This document shows positions 48,549 through 59,704 of a DNA stretch of 64,000 nucleotides, piece after piece. Source of the stretch: an uncultured Spirochaetota bacterium (GTDB taxonomy: Bacteria; Spirochaetota; Spirochaetia; SZUA-6; Fen-1364); contig CAVTHO010000005.1 of the NCBI GenBank assembly GCA_963734545.1, positions 480,001-544,000 of the forward strand, in the 5' to 3' direction. Below the pieces are notes generated by a model. It had not been told where the DNA came from, made no database searches, and saw nothing but the letters and a program-made list of their open reading frames with translations. A program made the translations under genes and the position numbers. Position 1 is the first letter of the stretch; every line of letters begins with the position of its first letter.

Positions 48549-49459
48549 GCCGGCCCGAGCCGCGCCCGGTCCGACTCTCCCTGTCTTCCGCCTCCACGGC
48601 CTTCTCGGCCGCTTCCAGGTGCCGCGCAAAGTCCAATGGATCGACCCGGTTCTTCTTTCTGTTCTCATTGAGGTACCTCGAGATGCCCGGACGCGTCGTG
48701 CGCGCCCCGGTCCACCAGCGCCCGCAGCTCCTGCCGGGACGCCACGTTTCCGGGAGGAACGTCGTGCTGACGCCCATAGTACTCGCGGGCATACCACAGG
48801 ATTTTCGCCAGCCTCCGCTGGTGACCGCGCAATGAGTTGAATCCGGGGATGCGGGTGAAGTTGGCCAGCGGGTCCCACGCGCGTTCGGCAGTCTGCAGCG
48901 CGAGGTTGCGCGCCTGGAATTCCGCCATGAGCCCCTTCCGCGCGACTTCCGCCATCAGCTCGTCGGCCAGATCAAGCAGGTGCACCACGTCGGATATCGC
49001 ATAGTCGAGCATCGCGCGGGAGAGCGGACGGCGGAGCCAATTGGATTTCTGGAACTTGTCCTTGGCCGACGCCGAACCTCCCTGCCGCGTGAGAGCGTGC
49101 AGCCCTCCGGGCTTCTGGAGCAGCCTCGCCGCGATTGCCACATCGAGCAGGGGGCCCGGACGGATGTCCAAAGCGTGCTGGAACGACAGAAGATCGTTCG
49201 CCGCGTCGAACCACACCTTCAACCAGGCCGACTCTTCGAGGAGTGCCTTCAACAGCCTGGTGTTCCGGATTGACCGCGCATCCACCACCCAGCCGTGGTC
49301 CCCGTCGAAGAGCTGGATCAACGCGACGTGGATGCCATAGCTGTGGAGGTTGTTCTCCCCCTCGACGTCGACCGCGAGCCGTGGGTATCCGGCGCGCGCG
49401 AGGCGGGCAACGAGTCCCTCCAGCTCGCCGTCGGATTGTATGAAATCGTACGGGATCAT
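48493..49459 (-). CDS. rnd: RNase D-like 3'-5' exonuclease with HRDC-like region (probable frameshift near 48690)
   Basis: AVDVEG, LIQL, AANDL, LDVAIAA, QKSNWLRRPLS..MLDYAISDV. Confidence 0.8.
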
Positions 49460-49604
49460 TCTGTGATTTCCGCCTGCTCAATCATAGCATCCCGAGACCC
49501 GCACGCACAGAGCGCTCGATTCGTCATGCACGCGCGTGCACTTGACTTTCAGATTCCCCGGTCCTATACAATGTCCCTACACCACATCAGCTCAGGGGGA
49601 ATCC

Positions 49605-50458
49605 ATGAAAGCGGGCTTCAATCTCTTGCTCTGGACGTCTCACGTGACCGAGCAGCATTTCCCGCTTCTGCAGAAGCTGAAGAAAGCGGGCTACGACGGA
49701 GTGGAGATCCCCATCCTGGAGGGCACGCCGTCGCACTACGCGAAGGTCCTGAAGGCCGTTCGCGACAACGGTCTGGCGTGCGCCGTGGTGACCAACATGC
49801 CCGATGCGGCGCACAATCCCGTGAGCCCCGAGAAGAAGCCAGCGGGACAATGCGCTGGATTTCATGAAGAGGGTCATCGACTGCACGCATGCGCTGGAAA
49901 CTGACCTCCTGTGCGGGCCTTTCTACCAGCCGGTGGGCCTGTTCACGGGTACCGGGCCGACGGACGAAGAGAAGCGGCGCGCCGCGGAGCACGCGCGCGC
50001 AGTCCGCCGAATATGCCGCGCCGGCCGGCATCACCCTCGCCGTGGAGTTTCTGAACAGGTTCGAGGCGTACGTTCTCACCACCATGGACGGAGTGGCGGA
50101 GCACGTGAAGAGCGTGGGCATGCCCAACTTCAAGGCCATGTTCGACACGTTCCACGCCAACATCGAGGAAAACGATCCCGTGGCGAGCATCCGCGCGCAC
50201 CGGGGCATCATCACGCACATGCACATCTCGGAGAACAACAGGGGCGTGCCGGGTCGGGGCCACAACGACTGGAAGGGCATATTCAGGACGCTTCGCTCCA
50301 CCGGCTATGACAACTGGCTGACGATCGAGGCGTTCGGCAGGGTGCTGCCCGCGTTCGCCGCGGCCACGCGGATCTGGCGGGACATCTTCGAGAGCCCCGA
50401 GGCGCTGTACACGGAGGGGATCAAATTCATCAGGCAGCAGTGGGACGCTGCTGCCTGA
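49605..50458 (+). CDS. Sugar isomerase/epimerase, D-psicose/tagatose 3-epimerase family (2 frameshifts)
   Basis: GYDGVEIP, EFLNRFE, DTFHANIEE, HISENNRGVPG, IEAF across three frames. Confidence 0.85.
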
Positions 50459-50482
50459 CGGTGAACAGACAAGGAGCAATAC

Positions 50483-51922
50483 ATGGGTAAGAAAATCGCG
50501 ATGATCGGCGCGGGAAGCGTCGTGTTCTGCAAGACCCTGATGGCGGACATCATGGCCACCCCCGCGCTGGAAGGCAGCGAGTTCGCCTGATGAGCCGCAC
50601 GGAGCCGAAGCTGCGCGCAATGGAGGAGTTCGGGAAGCCGGATGCTCAAGGACAACGGCGTGAAAGGCAAGGTGTGGGCCACCCTGGACAGGAGGGAAGC
50701 GCTGAAGGACGCCGACTTCGTCGTCGTCATGATCCAGGTGGGCGGCGTGGAAGCCTTCGAGATCGACTGGAAGATCCCCCTGAAGTACAAGGTGGACCAG
50801 TGCGTGGGAGACACGATGGGGCCGGGCGGTGTCTTCCGGGCCATGCGGTCGCATCCCGGTGCTCCTGGAGATTGCGCGCGACATGAAGGAGGTGTCCAGG
50901 CCGGGAGCGATCATGCTGCAGTACGCCAACCCGATGGCGGGCAACTGCCTTGCCCTGGGAAAGGCGAGCGACAGTGTCCTTCGTCGGGCTCTGCCACGGC
51001 GTGCAGACCACCATCGAGCAGATTGCCCAGTTCATCGACGTGCCCAAGGACGAGATCCAGTCTACACCTGCGGCGGCATCAACCACATGGACTGGTTTCT
51101 CACCCTCACGCGAAACGGAGAGGACCTGTACCCGAAGCTGGCCAAGGCCATCGAGAAGCCCGCCATCTACAAGAGCGAGAAGGTCAGGGGCGAGGTGTTC
51201 CGGCACTTCGGCTATTTCATGACCGAAACGACCGGTCACCTGGCCGAGTACGTTCCCTGGTTCCGCAAGAGCAAGGCCGCGCTGGACATGTACTGCGACG
51301 AGCCGGGGTTCGGCGGCCAGAGCGGCGCATACTTCAACTGGTGCGACACGGTGGCGAAGAAGCTACGAGGGAAAGAACCAGCTGGACTGGGAGTCGACGA
51401 AGCTCGGAGCCGCGGAGCGTGGAGTACTGCTCGTACATCATCGAGGCGGTGGCCACCGGGAATCCCGTTCAAGTTCATGGGCAACGTGCGCAACGACGGC
51501 TACATCGACCAACCTCCCCTCGGACTGCTGCGTGGAGGTCCCCACGTTTGCGGATGAAACCGGCCTGCACCCGATGAGGATCGGGAGGCTGCCGACCCAG
51601 TGCGCCGCGCTGTGCATGACGAACGTGAACGTCCAGCTCCTGGCCGCCGAGGCCGGCGATCAACGGCGACACCGAGGCGCTCGTGCAGGCAATCGCCATG
51701 GACCCGCTGACCGCGGCGGTGTGCACGCTGAAGGAGATCCGGGACATGACCGCGGAGATGCTCGAGGCCGAGCGGCGGTGGCTGCCCCAGTTCAAGGGAA
51801 AGAAGGTGACGCCGAAGCCGGCCGTGCATATCCCCGCGAACGTGAAGGCCATCGACCTCGCGCAGGACCCGGCGCAGGCCATCCTGAAACGATTCATGGA
51901 CCTGGCGGCGGAAAAGAAATAG
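50483..51922 (+). CDS. melA: GH4 alpha-galactosidase/alpha-glucosidase (many frameshifts, probably sequence errors)
   Basis: [56 protein letters not shown] in shifting frames. Confidence 0.85.
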
Positions 51923-53951
51923 CCGCCTCCCCGATCTTGAACTGCGCGGTCATCTGCTGCAGTTCCTGCGCGAGGCCGGCCAGCTCCGCCGTGGCGGCGG
52001 ACATTTCCTCCGCCGCTGAGGCGGCGGTCTGCGTCACCTCGTTCACGTTCTCCACCGCGTGGGAGACCTGCCGGGCATTGGTCGTCTGCTCCTCGGCGGC
52101 CGCTGAGATGCTCTGGCTCATGTCGCTCACGCTCTCCAGGGCCCTTGTCAGCTCCTTCACCGCGCCGACCTGCTGCGACATCGAGTCCGACAAGTCCGCG
52201 ATCATCGCCTGCACCATCTGCGAAGCGGTACGGATCTGCTCCATGGCCGCCTGCGACCCCTTTGCCGTCTCCACTCCGCGGGTGACATTCTTCGTGCTTT
52301 CCCTGATGAGGCTTTCGATCTCCTTGGTCGAGGTGGAGCTGCGATCGGCGAGCTTGCTCACCTCGTCCGCCACCACGGCAAAGCCCCGCCCGTGTTCCCC
52401 CGCGCGCGCCGCCTCGATGGCGGCGTTGAGGGCCAGCAGATTGGTCTGGTCGGCGATGTCGGAGATGACGCTGATGATTCCTCCGATCTTCTCCGAGCCT
52501 TCCGCGATCAGGTTGATCCCTTCCACCACCTCGCTGACCGCCCTGGCTCCCTGCAGGGCGTTGTCGACCGACCTGCCGGCCAGCCCCGCGATCTCGGCGA
52601 GGTTCTTCGATACATTTTCGATTGTCTGGTTCACCTGTTCCATGGAGCTGGTTCCCTGCGCCACGGCCCGCGCCTGTGACTGGGCATGCGCGGCCACCTG
52701 GTCCACGGATGCAGTAAGCTCCTCCACTGAAGCGCTCGTCTCCTCCAGCGTGGACGCCTGGCTCTGGGCGCCCTCCGCAAGCTTCTGCGCGCTCGAGGTG
52801 ATCTGCTCGCTCGAGGAGGCCACCTGCTCGGAGCTCCTCTGGATGGTCGCCACCATGTCTTTCAGCCGGGCGGACATGGAGTTCAGCGCCTCCGCGAGCT
52901 TGCCCACCTCGTCGCGGCGGTGGATGGGAAGTTGCTGCGTGAAGTCGCCTGATGCCACCAGCTCCGCAAAAGCCACCCCCCTTGCCAGGGGGTTGGTGAT
53001 GGTGCGGGAGAAGAGAAAGAATATGAGAAAGGCGATGACAAGGGCCGCCGCTGCCACGAGCAGGGTAAGGTTCCTCACTTCGTCCGCCGGGGCCAGGTAT
53101 TCGGAGTCGGGGAGGGTGAGTCCGACGCTCCACCCGGTGGTCTTCACGGGCGCATAGCCCGCGGTCCTCGGCACACGCTGGAAGACGTAGTTCTGAACGC
53201 CGCTCTCCCCCGCCATCATGGCGCGCGCCAGCTTTGTCATGCCGGCCATTTCCGAGGTATTCATCAGGAAGACATTTGCCGCCTGCGGGTGCGCGAGAAC
53301 GAGACCGGTCCTGTCGGTGATGAATGCGTAGCCGCTCTTGCCGATCTTGTTGCTCGCGATGAGATCATTGAGAAAGCCGATATCGAGAAGGGCCGCACAC
53401 ACTCCCACCACCTTGTCGCCGGATCGGATGGGCGCCGCGAACGGCGTGAAGGGCTTCTTCGTCACCTGGTTCAGGGCCGCGGCGCCGGCATTGACCTCGC
53501 CCGCCATCGCGTCCTTGAAATACTGGCTTTCGGCCACATTCACGCCGACGTAATTCAGGTCCGACGCGGCGACGCTCACGCCGTCAGGACCGATCAGAAA
53601 AATGACCTGGTAGCCCTCACCGAGCCCTTTCGTGTGTATGAACCGCTCCAGCCTTTCATTCACGCGGCGCACCAGGTCCGCCGAAGAGTCCGGCTTTTCA
53701 GCAACAGCGGCCGCGGCAGCCACGATGTCCGGATCTATGGAGAGATTCAGCGCGATCTTCTTTTCCTGCTCGAAGACCTTGTCGATCATCTGGGCGATGT
53801 CCTTGGACCGTTCCGCGAGCTGCTCATTCTCCACGGCCCGGAGCCCTTGCGTCGAGTTGGAAATGGCCGCGAACGCCACAAGGAAAAGAGGCAGCACCAT
53901 GATGGCGATCCCGACAAGGATGAGCTTGGCTCCGAGATTCAAGTTTTTCAT
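51894..53951 (-). CDS. Methyl-accepting chemotaxis protein with dCache sensor
   Basis: [16 protein letters not shown]...[49 protein letters not shown]. Confidence 0.96.
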   Translation of the reverse strand: MKNLNLGAKLILVGIAIMVLPLFLVAFAAISNSTQGLRAVENEQLAERSKDIAQMIDKVFEQEKKIALNLSIDPDIVAAAAAVAEKPDSSADLVRRVNERLERFIHTKGLGEGYQVIFLIGPDGVSVAASDLNYVGVNVAESQYFKDAMAGEVNAGAAALNQVTKKPFTPFAAPIRSGDKVVGVCAALLDIGFLNDLIASNKIGKSGYAFITDRTGLVLAHPQAANVFLMNTSEMAGMTKLARAMMAGESGVQNYVFQRVPRTAGYAPVKTTGWSVGLTLPDSEYLAPADEVRNLTLLVAAAALVIAFLIFFLFSRTITNPLARGVAFAELVASGDFTQQLPIHRRDEVGKLAEALNSMSARLKDMVATIQRSSEQVASSSEQITSSAQKLAEGAQSQASTLEETSASVEELTASVDQVAAHAQSQARAVAQGTSSMEQVNQTIENVSKNLAEIAGLAGRSVDNALQGARAVSEVVEGINLIAEGSEKIGGIISVISDIADQTNLLALNAAIEAARAGEHGRGFAVVADEVSKLADRSSTSTKEIESLIRESTKNVTRGVETAKGSQAAMEQIRTASQMVQAMIADLSDSMSQQVGAVKELTRALESVSDMSQSISAAAEEQTTNARQVSHAVENVNEVTQTAASAAEEMSAATAELAGLAQELQQMTAQFKIGEAAISFPPPGP

Positions 53952-53994
53952 TGCGATCTCCTTTCCCGGCCATTGGGGGCGTGCCGATCCGGGC

Positions 53995-55104
53995 TCAGTG
54001 CTGCGCGGTGAGGAGAGAAGATATCCCGAGGGGAACCCTGACCCCGAGGTAGCGCTCCGGTATCTCCCAGATGACCACTTCCGGCCGAGGGTCATCGACG
54101 GCGCTGCTCCCGAGGTAGCGCTGCATGGGGACGAACGGCCCCTGTCCCTCCACCGCGACCTTCAGAACGTCGGCCTGAACCGCGACCTTCAGCGCGCCGT
54201 CGAAGTTCCAGGCTCCGGCGGCGCTGTAGCTCGTGCCGACCAGGGCAACGGGTATTTGCAGCTCACTGAAGAGCTCCGCGGCGCTTTCCGCGCGCGCGGT
54301 GGTGGATGGCGTTTCCACGATGTCCGGCCGCGGCCCCATTGCCCTCTGAAATGGTCCAAGGGGGATGAAACTCAGCAGGTCCCCCGCGCGCTCGCTCCAG
54401 GAGCCGCGTTCCAGCGCGTACTCCTGCCGCGGGGAGCCCCGCGCGTCCAGCTCGCGCCGCAGGCCGGGAGCGAGCGCCGCGGCGGCAGCGGAGGCGCCGA
54501 AGGCCGTCCAATGCGTGTCCGTGCGAAGGAATACCTCACCGCGGGTCCGCGCTTCCCGGAGCGCCTTTGCGAGGTCGGGCGTGTCAATTCCCCGCGAGGC
54601 GAGCGCGGATCGTGCCGTTTCGTAGCGGCGCGTGAGCGCGGGCGGCAGGTGATAGCGGCCGAGATGATCCGCGTAGATTCCGGCCTTGGTAGGCACGAGG
54701 GCGACCACGAGCGCGATGCCCTTTGCCAGGAGCTGATCTCGGACCGCGCTCACGTATTCTATCGCTTCGCCGAGCGTGCCTCCGGAGGGATCCATTTCGA
54801 TGAACTCTTCACTGGAATACAGCCATCCGTCCTCGCCCACGAGGACCCCCGGCTCCCCTTCCGCAAAAAGCGCGTAGCGCAGCGCCGCCCAGAGCGCGAG
54901 CGCGGGCTTCCGGACGGGCAGTCCTTGTTCGTATCCCTTCTGGTAACCGGCCGCCCACTCGCCGCGCACGACATCCGCATTCGAGGGGGAAGAGAAGGTT
55001 GCCCGGTCCATGAGGGAAAAGACCAGTCCCGCGGCCGACACGGCTGCCAGGATGAACCCGGGGAGCAATCGGACAACCGGCGTGCGTGCGGCCTTCGGGT
55101 TCAT
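53995..55104 (-). CDS. algJ: AlgJ/AlgX-type SGNH-like O-acetyltransferase
   Basis: [16 protein letters not shown] (DxH), LVGTSYS (Ser), IWEIPERY. Confidence 0.88.
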   Translation of the reverse strand: MNPKAARTPVVRLLPGFILAAVSAAGLVFSLMDRATFSSPSNADVVRGEWAAGYQKGYEQGLPVRKPALALWAALRYALFAEGEPGVLVGEDGWLYSSEEFIEMDPSGGTLGEAIEYVSAVRDQLLAKGIALVVALVPTKAGIYADHLGRYHLPPALTRRYETARSALASRGIDTPDLAKALREARTRGEVFLRTDTHWTAFGASAAAAALAPGLRRELDARGSPRQEYALERGSWSERAGDLLSFIPLGPFQRAMGPRPDIVETPSTTARAESAAELFSELQIPVALVGTSYSAAGAWNFDGALKVAVQADVLKVAVEGQGPFVPMQRYLGSSAVDDPRPEVVIWEIPERYLGVRVPLGISSLLTAQH

Positions 55105-55106
55105 GG

Positions 55107-56522
55107 TCAGAATTTTCCGTACAGGAACAATGGGGAGCTCGCCGCCACGAGCTTGATGACGCCCAGGAGAAACAGCGGGACCACGGCAAGCGCGAGGCGT
55201 TCCGTCGCGCGCCGCCATTGCGCCGGGAGGCGCGCAAGACCACGGGCGAGCAGAGGCCCGCAGTATAACCCGGCGCAGGCAACCGCCATGGCTGCAACGG
55301 CCATGGCGTCGATCTGCCATCGGAGCGCGGCGCTGAAACCGGCCCCGAACAGGCCGGTCATGCCCGCATACATGCGGGCGGCCGCGTCCAGATTCGGCGC
55401 CCTGAAAAGCACCCAGCCGATGATCACGAGGACCATGGTGAAGGCGATGGCGAGGGGACGCGGGACCTTGCGGACCGGCGACGTAGTTCGGCGGAGGCGC
55501 TCGATGGCAAGGAGCAGGCCGTGCCAGGCTCCCCAGAGCACGAAAGTCACCGCGGCGCCGTGCCAGAGCCCGCCCAGGACCATCACGATCAACAGGTTGA
55601 GAAGGGTGCGTCCTTTGCCGCGTCGACTGCCCCCGAGGGGAAAATAGAGATAGTCACGCAGCCAGGAGGAGAGGCTGATATGCCAGCGGCGCCAGAACTC
55701 GGTGATGCTCTCCGACAGATAAGGGCTGCGGAAGTTCTCCATGAACCTGAGCCCCATCATCAGGCCGAGACCGATTGCCATGTCCGTGTATCCTGAGAAG
55801 TCGAAGTAGAGCTGTATCGTGTAGGCGCCTGCGCCGAGCCAGGAATCTGCAAGGGACGGCCGCGACAGCGCGAAGACGGCGTTGGCCAGCGGCGCCACGG
55901 CATCCGCGATGAGCACCTTCTTGCAGAACCCCAGCATGAAGCGCAGCGCGCCCGTGCCGAAATCCTCGAGGGACCTCCCGTCGCGCAGGAGTTGGGGCGC
56001 GAGATCACCGTATCGGTCGATGGGGCCCGAGATGATCTGCGGGAAGATCGTGATATACAGCGCCACCTCCCGCCATCCGCCGGGAGCAAGCGATCCGCGA
56101 TACAGGTCCATCAGGTACGAGACCGCCTTGAACGTGCTGAAGGAGATCCCCACGGGCAGCAGCACGTCCAGCAGGGGAATGGCGCCTGCGCCCAGTGCGC
56201 CCAGCAGCGCGTTCGCGCTCTCGATTCCGAAGTTGACGTACTTGAAATATGCGAGGGTCCCGATGAAAAGCGTGACCCCCAGGGCGAGAAACGCCCGGGC
56301 GCGCGCGCCCTTCGCCCGGGAGGACGCGATTCCGTGCCCGATGAGCCAGGCCGCCGTCGACATGCCGAGGAAGAGCGCGAGGAAATCGAGGCGCCACCAT
56401 CCGTAGAAGACCCAGCTCGCCCCGAGAAGCCAGTAGCGGCGCAGGCGGAACGGCAGCAGGTGGTAGGCAGCAAGGAACAGGGGCAGGAACAGGAACAGGA
56501 ACAGGGAGGAGGTGAAGACCAT
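55107..56522 (-). CDS. algI: MBOAT O-acetyltransferase AlgI
   Basis: LPVGISF, FPQIISGPI, YFDFSGYTDMAIG, FWRRWHISLSSWLRDYLY, LGGLWHGA. Confidence 0.92.
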   Translation of the reverse strand: MVFTSSLFLFLFLPLFLAAYHLLPFRLRRYWLLGASWVFYGWWRLDFLALFLGMSTAAWLIGHGIASSRAKGARARAFLALGVTLFIGTLAYFKYVNFGIESANALLGALGAGAIPLLDVLLPVGISFSTFKAVSYLMDLYRGSLAPGGWREVALYITIFPQIISGPIDRYGDLAPQLLRDGRSLEDFGTGALRFMLGFCKKVLIADAVAPLANAVFALSRPSLADSWLGAGAYTIQLYFDFSGYTDMAIGLGLMMGLRFMENFRSPYLSESITEFWRRWHISLSSWLRDYLYFPLGGSRRGKGRTLLNLLIVMVLGGLWHGAAVTFVLWGAWHGLLLAIERLRRTTSPVRKVPRPLAIAFTMVLVIIGWVLFRAPNLDAAARMYAGMTGLFGAGFSAALRWQIDAMAVAAMAVACAGLYCGPLLARGLARLPAQWRRATERLALAVVPLFLLGVIKLVAASSPLFLYGKF

Positions 56523-56529
56523 CCCCGTG

Positions 56530-57165
56530 CTACTCCACCGCGACGCGGGCCTTGACAGAGAACACGAGCGGTGACGGATCTCCTGCCAGCACGAAGACGC
56601 TGAAGGAAGAGCCCCTGGTCAGACCGAGGTCACCCAGCCCGACAATGGACGTTCCGTTGCTGAATACGGCAAGCGGGACCCGAACAGCGTTCACCACGGC
56701 GAGTCCCGAGGAACGCGGGCCCACCCCGGAAATGACGCCGGTCTTCCCGTCCGCCGTACGCAGATCGATTTTCGCAAGGGGGGAAAGGTTGTACAGAAAG
56801 AGCTGCGCGCGTGCCGGATCGGTGTGCGCGGGGTCCTCAAAGATGCTGATGCCTGTCGGCGCGCACACGATGGTGTAGTAGCGCCCGGATTTCGCGATGA
56901 TTTCCCCTTCATGGCCCGAGGCCTCGAGCTGGTAGATGTCCGGGGTCACCGGTCGATAGGGACTCGCCTTTGCCCATCCGAGCGGCTTGTAGCGCGTTGC
57001 GCCGAGCTCGATCTCGAGCGGGACCTTGCCGGGAATCGCATTGACGAGCCGGACGAACGCGGCATCCCCCGGCACCTCGGGACCGTATACGGAACGGGTC
57101 TCGCCGCTTGCAGGCGTACTGGCGCAGAGCGCGACGAGAATCGCGAACAATGAGGCAGTTTTCAT
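56530..57165 (-). CDS. algF: Periplasmic O-acetylation accessory protein AlgF
   Basis: Signal peptide, VYGPEVPGDAAFVRLVNA, LYNLS..IDLRTADG; position before algI. Confidence 0.82.
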   Translation of the reverse strand: MKTASLFAILVALCASTPASGETRSVYGPEVPGDAAFVRLVNAIPGKVPLEIELGATRYKPLGWAKASPYRPVTPDIYQLEASGHEGEIIAKSGRYYTIVCAPTGISIFEDPAHTDPARAQLFLYNLSPLAKIDLRTADGKTGVISGVGPRSSGLAVVNAVRVPLAVFSNGTSIVGLGDLGLTRGSSFSVFVLAGDPSPLVFSVKARVAVE

Positions 57166-57247
57166 GGCATGTGCCCTGCAGGATCATAGCACCTGCGGGT
57201 TGACGCGGCAAGGAAGCCGGGATTAAATGCCGAAAGGACACCACCAC

Positions 57248-58474
57248 ATGACATACCGGCCTCGCATCGGGCTCCTGACATGTGCCGCACTCTTCTGCGC
57301 GGCCGCCCTGTTCGGAAAAACCGGGGAAATCCTCGAGGTCTCCCTGGTGGAGACCCTTTCCCCGTCCAGCATCGACACGCTCATGCCGGAATTGTTCACC
57401 GATATTCCGGCGCCGGCAGCGCGCTACACGGTGGATAGCTACCTCATGCGCCTGGAGAGCACCTACCTGGACGGGAAACCTACTCCGGTGACTGTCCAGG
57501 TTTTCGTGCCGCGTTTCTCGGGGCGAGAAAAAAGGATCATCTACGTGTTCGCTCCGGGCACCACCGGCCTGCGCGATGCATGCCGTCCCTCGCGCGAGCA
57601 TATCGCCGGCATCCATTGGGGGTTGTACCGAACCCACGTGCTTTCCCATGCCGGGCAGGGGACCATCGGCGTCCTCCCCGACTACATGGGTTTCGGGGAC
57701 CCGGATCCGTCCCACAGGCAGCCCTACATGAGCGTGGTGGCCGAGGGACGGGTCATGCTGGACGCCATCCGGGCGGTCCAGGAGTTCCTCTCCCGGAAAT
57801 ACTCCCAGAATGTCTCGGGGACCGCGGTTTTCGTGGCGGGCTTCTCCCAGGGCGGCCACGCGGCTTTTGCCGCCGCCGACCTGCGCGCGCGCTACGCGCC
57901 GAAGGTACGGATAGACGGGATCATCGGCTACGGTCCCTCCACGGACATCGAGGCGCTCTTCCGGGAGTTTCCCGTGGTTGCCCCCATGGCGATCTATACT
58001 TTTTCGAGGATCTACGGCAGGGACAGGTTCGACCCTGACCGCATTCTTGCGCCCAGGTGGGCAGCTACGCTGGAGAAAGATGTCACCCGTCAATGCGTGG
58101 GCGGCATGCAGTCATACTACCCCGCTGCTGCCCGTGATCTGTTTCGCCCCGAGTTTGCTGAAAGCCTGCTGAACGGCACCTTGAAGGAGAAGTACCCGAT
58201 GATCGAAAAGATCCTGCGGGAGAACAGCCCCGGTCTGTCCGGCCACAAGGTTCCCGCCCTCATTCTGGAGGGATCGGACGACGTCGTGGTGTCCGTGAAG
58301 TCGCAGGAGGCGTTCGTCCGGGCATTGTGCAGGACGGGATGCCCCGTCACGTACTCGCTGTACAAGGGGCGCCGGCATGACACCCGCCAGATCGGGTTCA
58401 AGGAGGCGCGCGCGTGGATGGAGCGGCGCGCGCGCGGCGAGCGCCCCGAGACCAGCTGCGGGAGCTTCAAGTGA
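57248..58474 (+). CDS. Secreted alpha/beta hydrolase (secretory lipase, LIP-type)
   Basis: Signal peptide, PGTTGL.DAC.PS, PDYMGF, GFSQGG nucleophile elbow, G.DDVV, C-terminal His. Confidence 0.88.
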   Translation: MTYRPRIGLLTCAALFCAAALFGKTGEILEVSLVETLSPSSIDTLMPELFTDIPAPAARYTVDSYLMRLESTYLDGKPTPVTVQVFVPRFSGREKRIIYVFAPGTTGLRDACRPSREHIAGIHWGLYRTHVLSHAGQGTIGVLPDYMGFGDPDPSHRQPYMSVVAEGRVMLDAIRAVQEFLSRKYSQNVSGTAVFVAGFSQGGHAAFAAADLRARYAPKVRIDGIIGYGPSTDIEALFREFPVVAPMAIYTFSRIYGRDRFDPDRILAPRWAATLEKDVTRQCVGGMQSYYPAAARDLFRPEFAESLLNGTLKEKYPMIEKILRENSPGLSGHKVPALILEGSDDVVVSVKSQEAFVRALCRTGCPVTYSLYKGRRHDTRQIGFKEARAWMERRARGERPETSCGSFK

Positions 58475-59688
58475 GGCGCGCGTGCGCCCTGCTTGCCGGC
58501 TCCTGCCTTCTCCTGTTCGCGCGCGCGCCGCTGCGCGCCGACCCGTCGATGCTCCCCGGCAGCGTCATCTCCGTGAGCCCGGCCGGCACGGTTCGGCCCT
58601 CGCAGATCGAGCAGCATGAGAGGGAGCTGTTCAAGGGGTACCCCCTGCCGCCCATGCGCTACGCGGTGGACAGCTACCTGATCCGCTACATGAGCACCGA
58701 CTTCGACGGGTCCCCCGCGGAAGTCACCGCGCAGCTTTTCGTGCCGCGCCTGCCTGCTCCCACGGAGCGCCCGCTCCTCGTCTACGGCGCGGGAACTACA
58801 GGCATTGGCGATGCATGCGCTCCCTCCCTGGAGCAGGCTGAGCACCGCTATCTCGGCGCCTATCGGGAGAACATGCTCGTCTATGCCGGGCTGGGTTTCA
58901 TCGCGGTCCTTCCCGACTATATCGGTTTTGACGATCCTGCGCGGCCGCAGCGGTATTTCAGCAAGGTCGCCGAGGCGCACGTGATGCTGGACGCGGCGCG
59001 CGCGGTCCTTCTCTACTTCCAGTCCTCCTCCCATGTCGTGCGATTGCAGCGCGCCGTATTCGTGGCAGGATACTCTCAGGGGGGACATGCCGCCTTCGCT
59101 GCCGCCGACCTTCGCGGGACCTATGCCCCGGATGTTCCGCTGGCCGGCGTGATCGGGTTCGGTTCGACGAACAATGTGGAGGCGCTGCTGCGGGAAGGGC
59201 CCGCTTATGCGCCGCTCATCCTCTACACCTATTCGCGCATGTACGGCGCTGCGATAAACCCCGCGGACTATCTCGTGGAACGCTTTGCCCGCACTCTCGA
59301 TACCGACGCGACCAGCCTGTGTGTCGACCAGTTCCAGACCTACTACTCCTTCGACGGCGCCCGGGTGTATCGACCGGCGTTTCATGCCGCGCTCTATGGA
59401 CACTATCTCTTCGAGACGTATCACTCACTGGGCGCCCGACTGGAAGAGAATTTGAGCGGCCTCGACGGCCACATGCTCCCTGCCCTCGTCATCCAGGGAG
59501 GGACCGACTTCATCGTCACCTCTGCAACGCAGAAGCTCTTTGTGGATGCGCTCCGTGCGGCCGGCAGTGCCGTCCGCTACAGGGTGTTCCCCGGCGTGCC
59601 GCACAAAGGCATCCGGCAGGCGGGTTTCGCCGAATCGATCGAATGGATGGAACGCATCGCCCGCGGGGAGGCCCCCCCGGCGGACTGA
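58471..59688 (+). CDS. Second secreted LIP-type hydrolase (tandem paralog)
   Basis: GTTGIGDACAPS, PDYIGF, GYSQGG, GGTDFIV, GVPH; GTGA overlap. Confidence 0.88.
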   Translation: MRRACALLAGSCLLLFARAPLRADPSMLPGSVISVSPAGTVRPSQIEQHERELFKGYPLPPMRYAVDSYLIRYMSTDFDGSPAEVTAQLFVPRLPAPTERPLLVYGAGTTGIGDACAPSLEQAEHRYLGAYRENMLVYAGLGFIAVLPDYIGFDDPARPQRYFSKVAEAHVMLDAARAVLLYFQSSSHVVRLQRAVFVAGYSQGGHAAFAAADLRGTYAPDVPLAGVIGFGSTNNVEALLREGPAYAPLILYTYSRMYGAAINPADYLVERFARTLDTDATSLCVDQFQTYYSFDGARVYRPAFHAALYGHYLFETYHSLGARLEENLSGLDGHMLPALVIQGGTDFIVTSATQKLFVDALRAAGSAVRYRVFPGVPHKGIRQAGFAESIEWMERIARGEAPPAD

Positions 59689-59704
59689 TCGCGGCGTGCG
59701 CGCC

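Noticed and set aside
44905-49459. Nuclease + SMC-like ATPase + exonuclease as an anti-phage system
   Set aside because: Matches the widespread YhaO/YhaN repair pair; RNase D is convergent and the context is housekeeping
49605-51922. Programmed frameshifting or phase variation
   Set aside because: Too many shifts, and they are not at slippery heptamers or long homopolymers; sequencing error is more parsimonious
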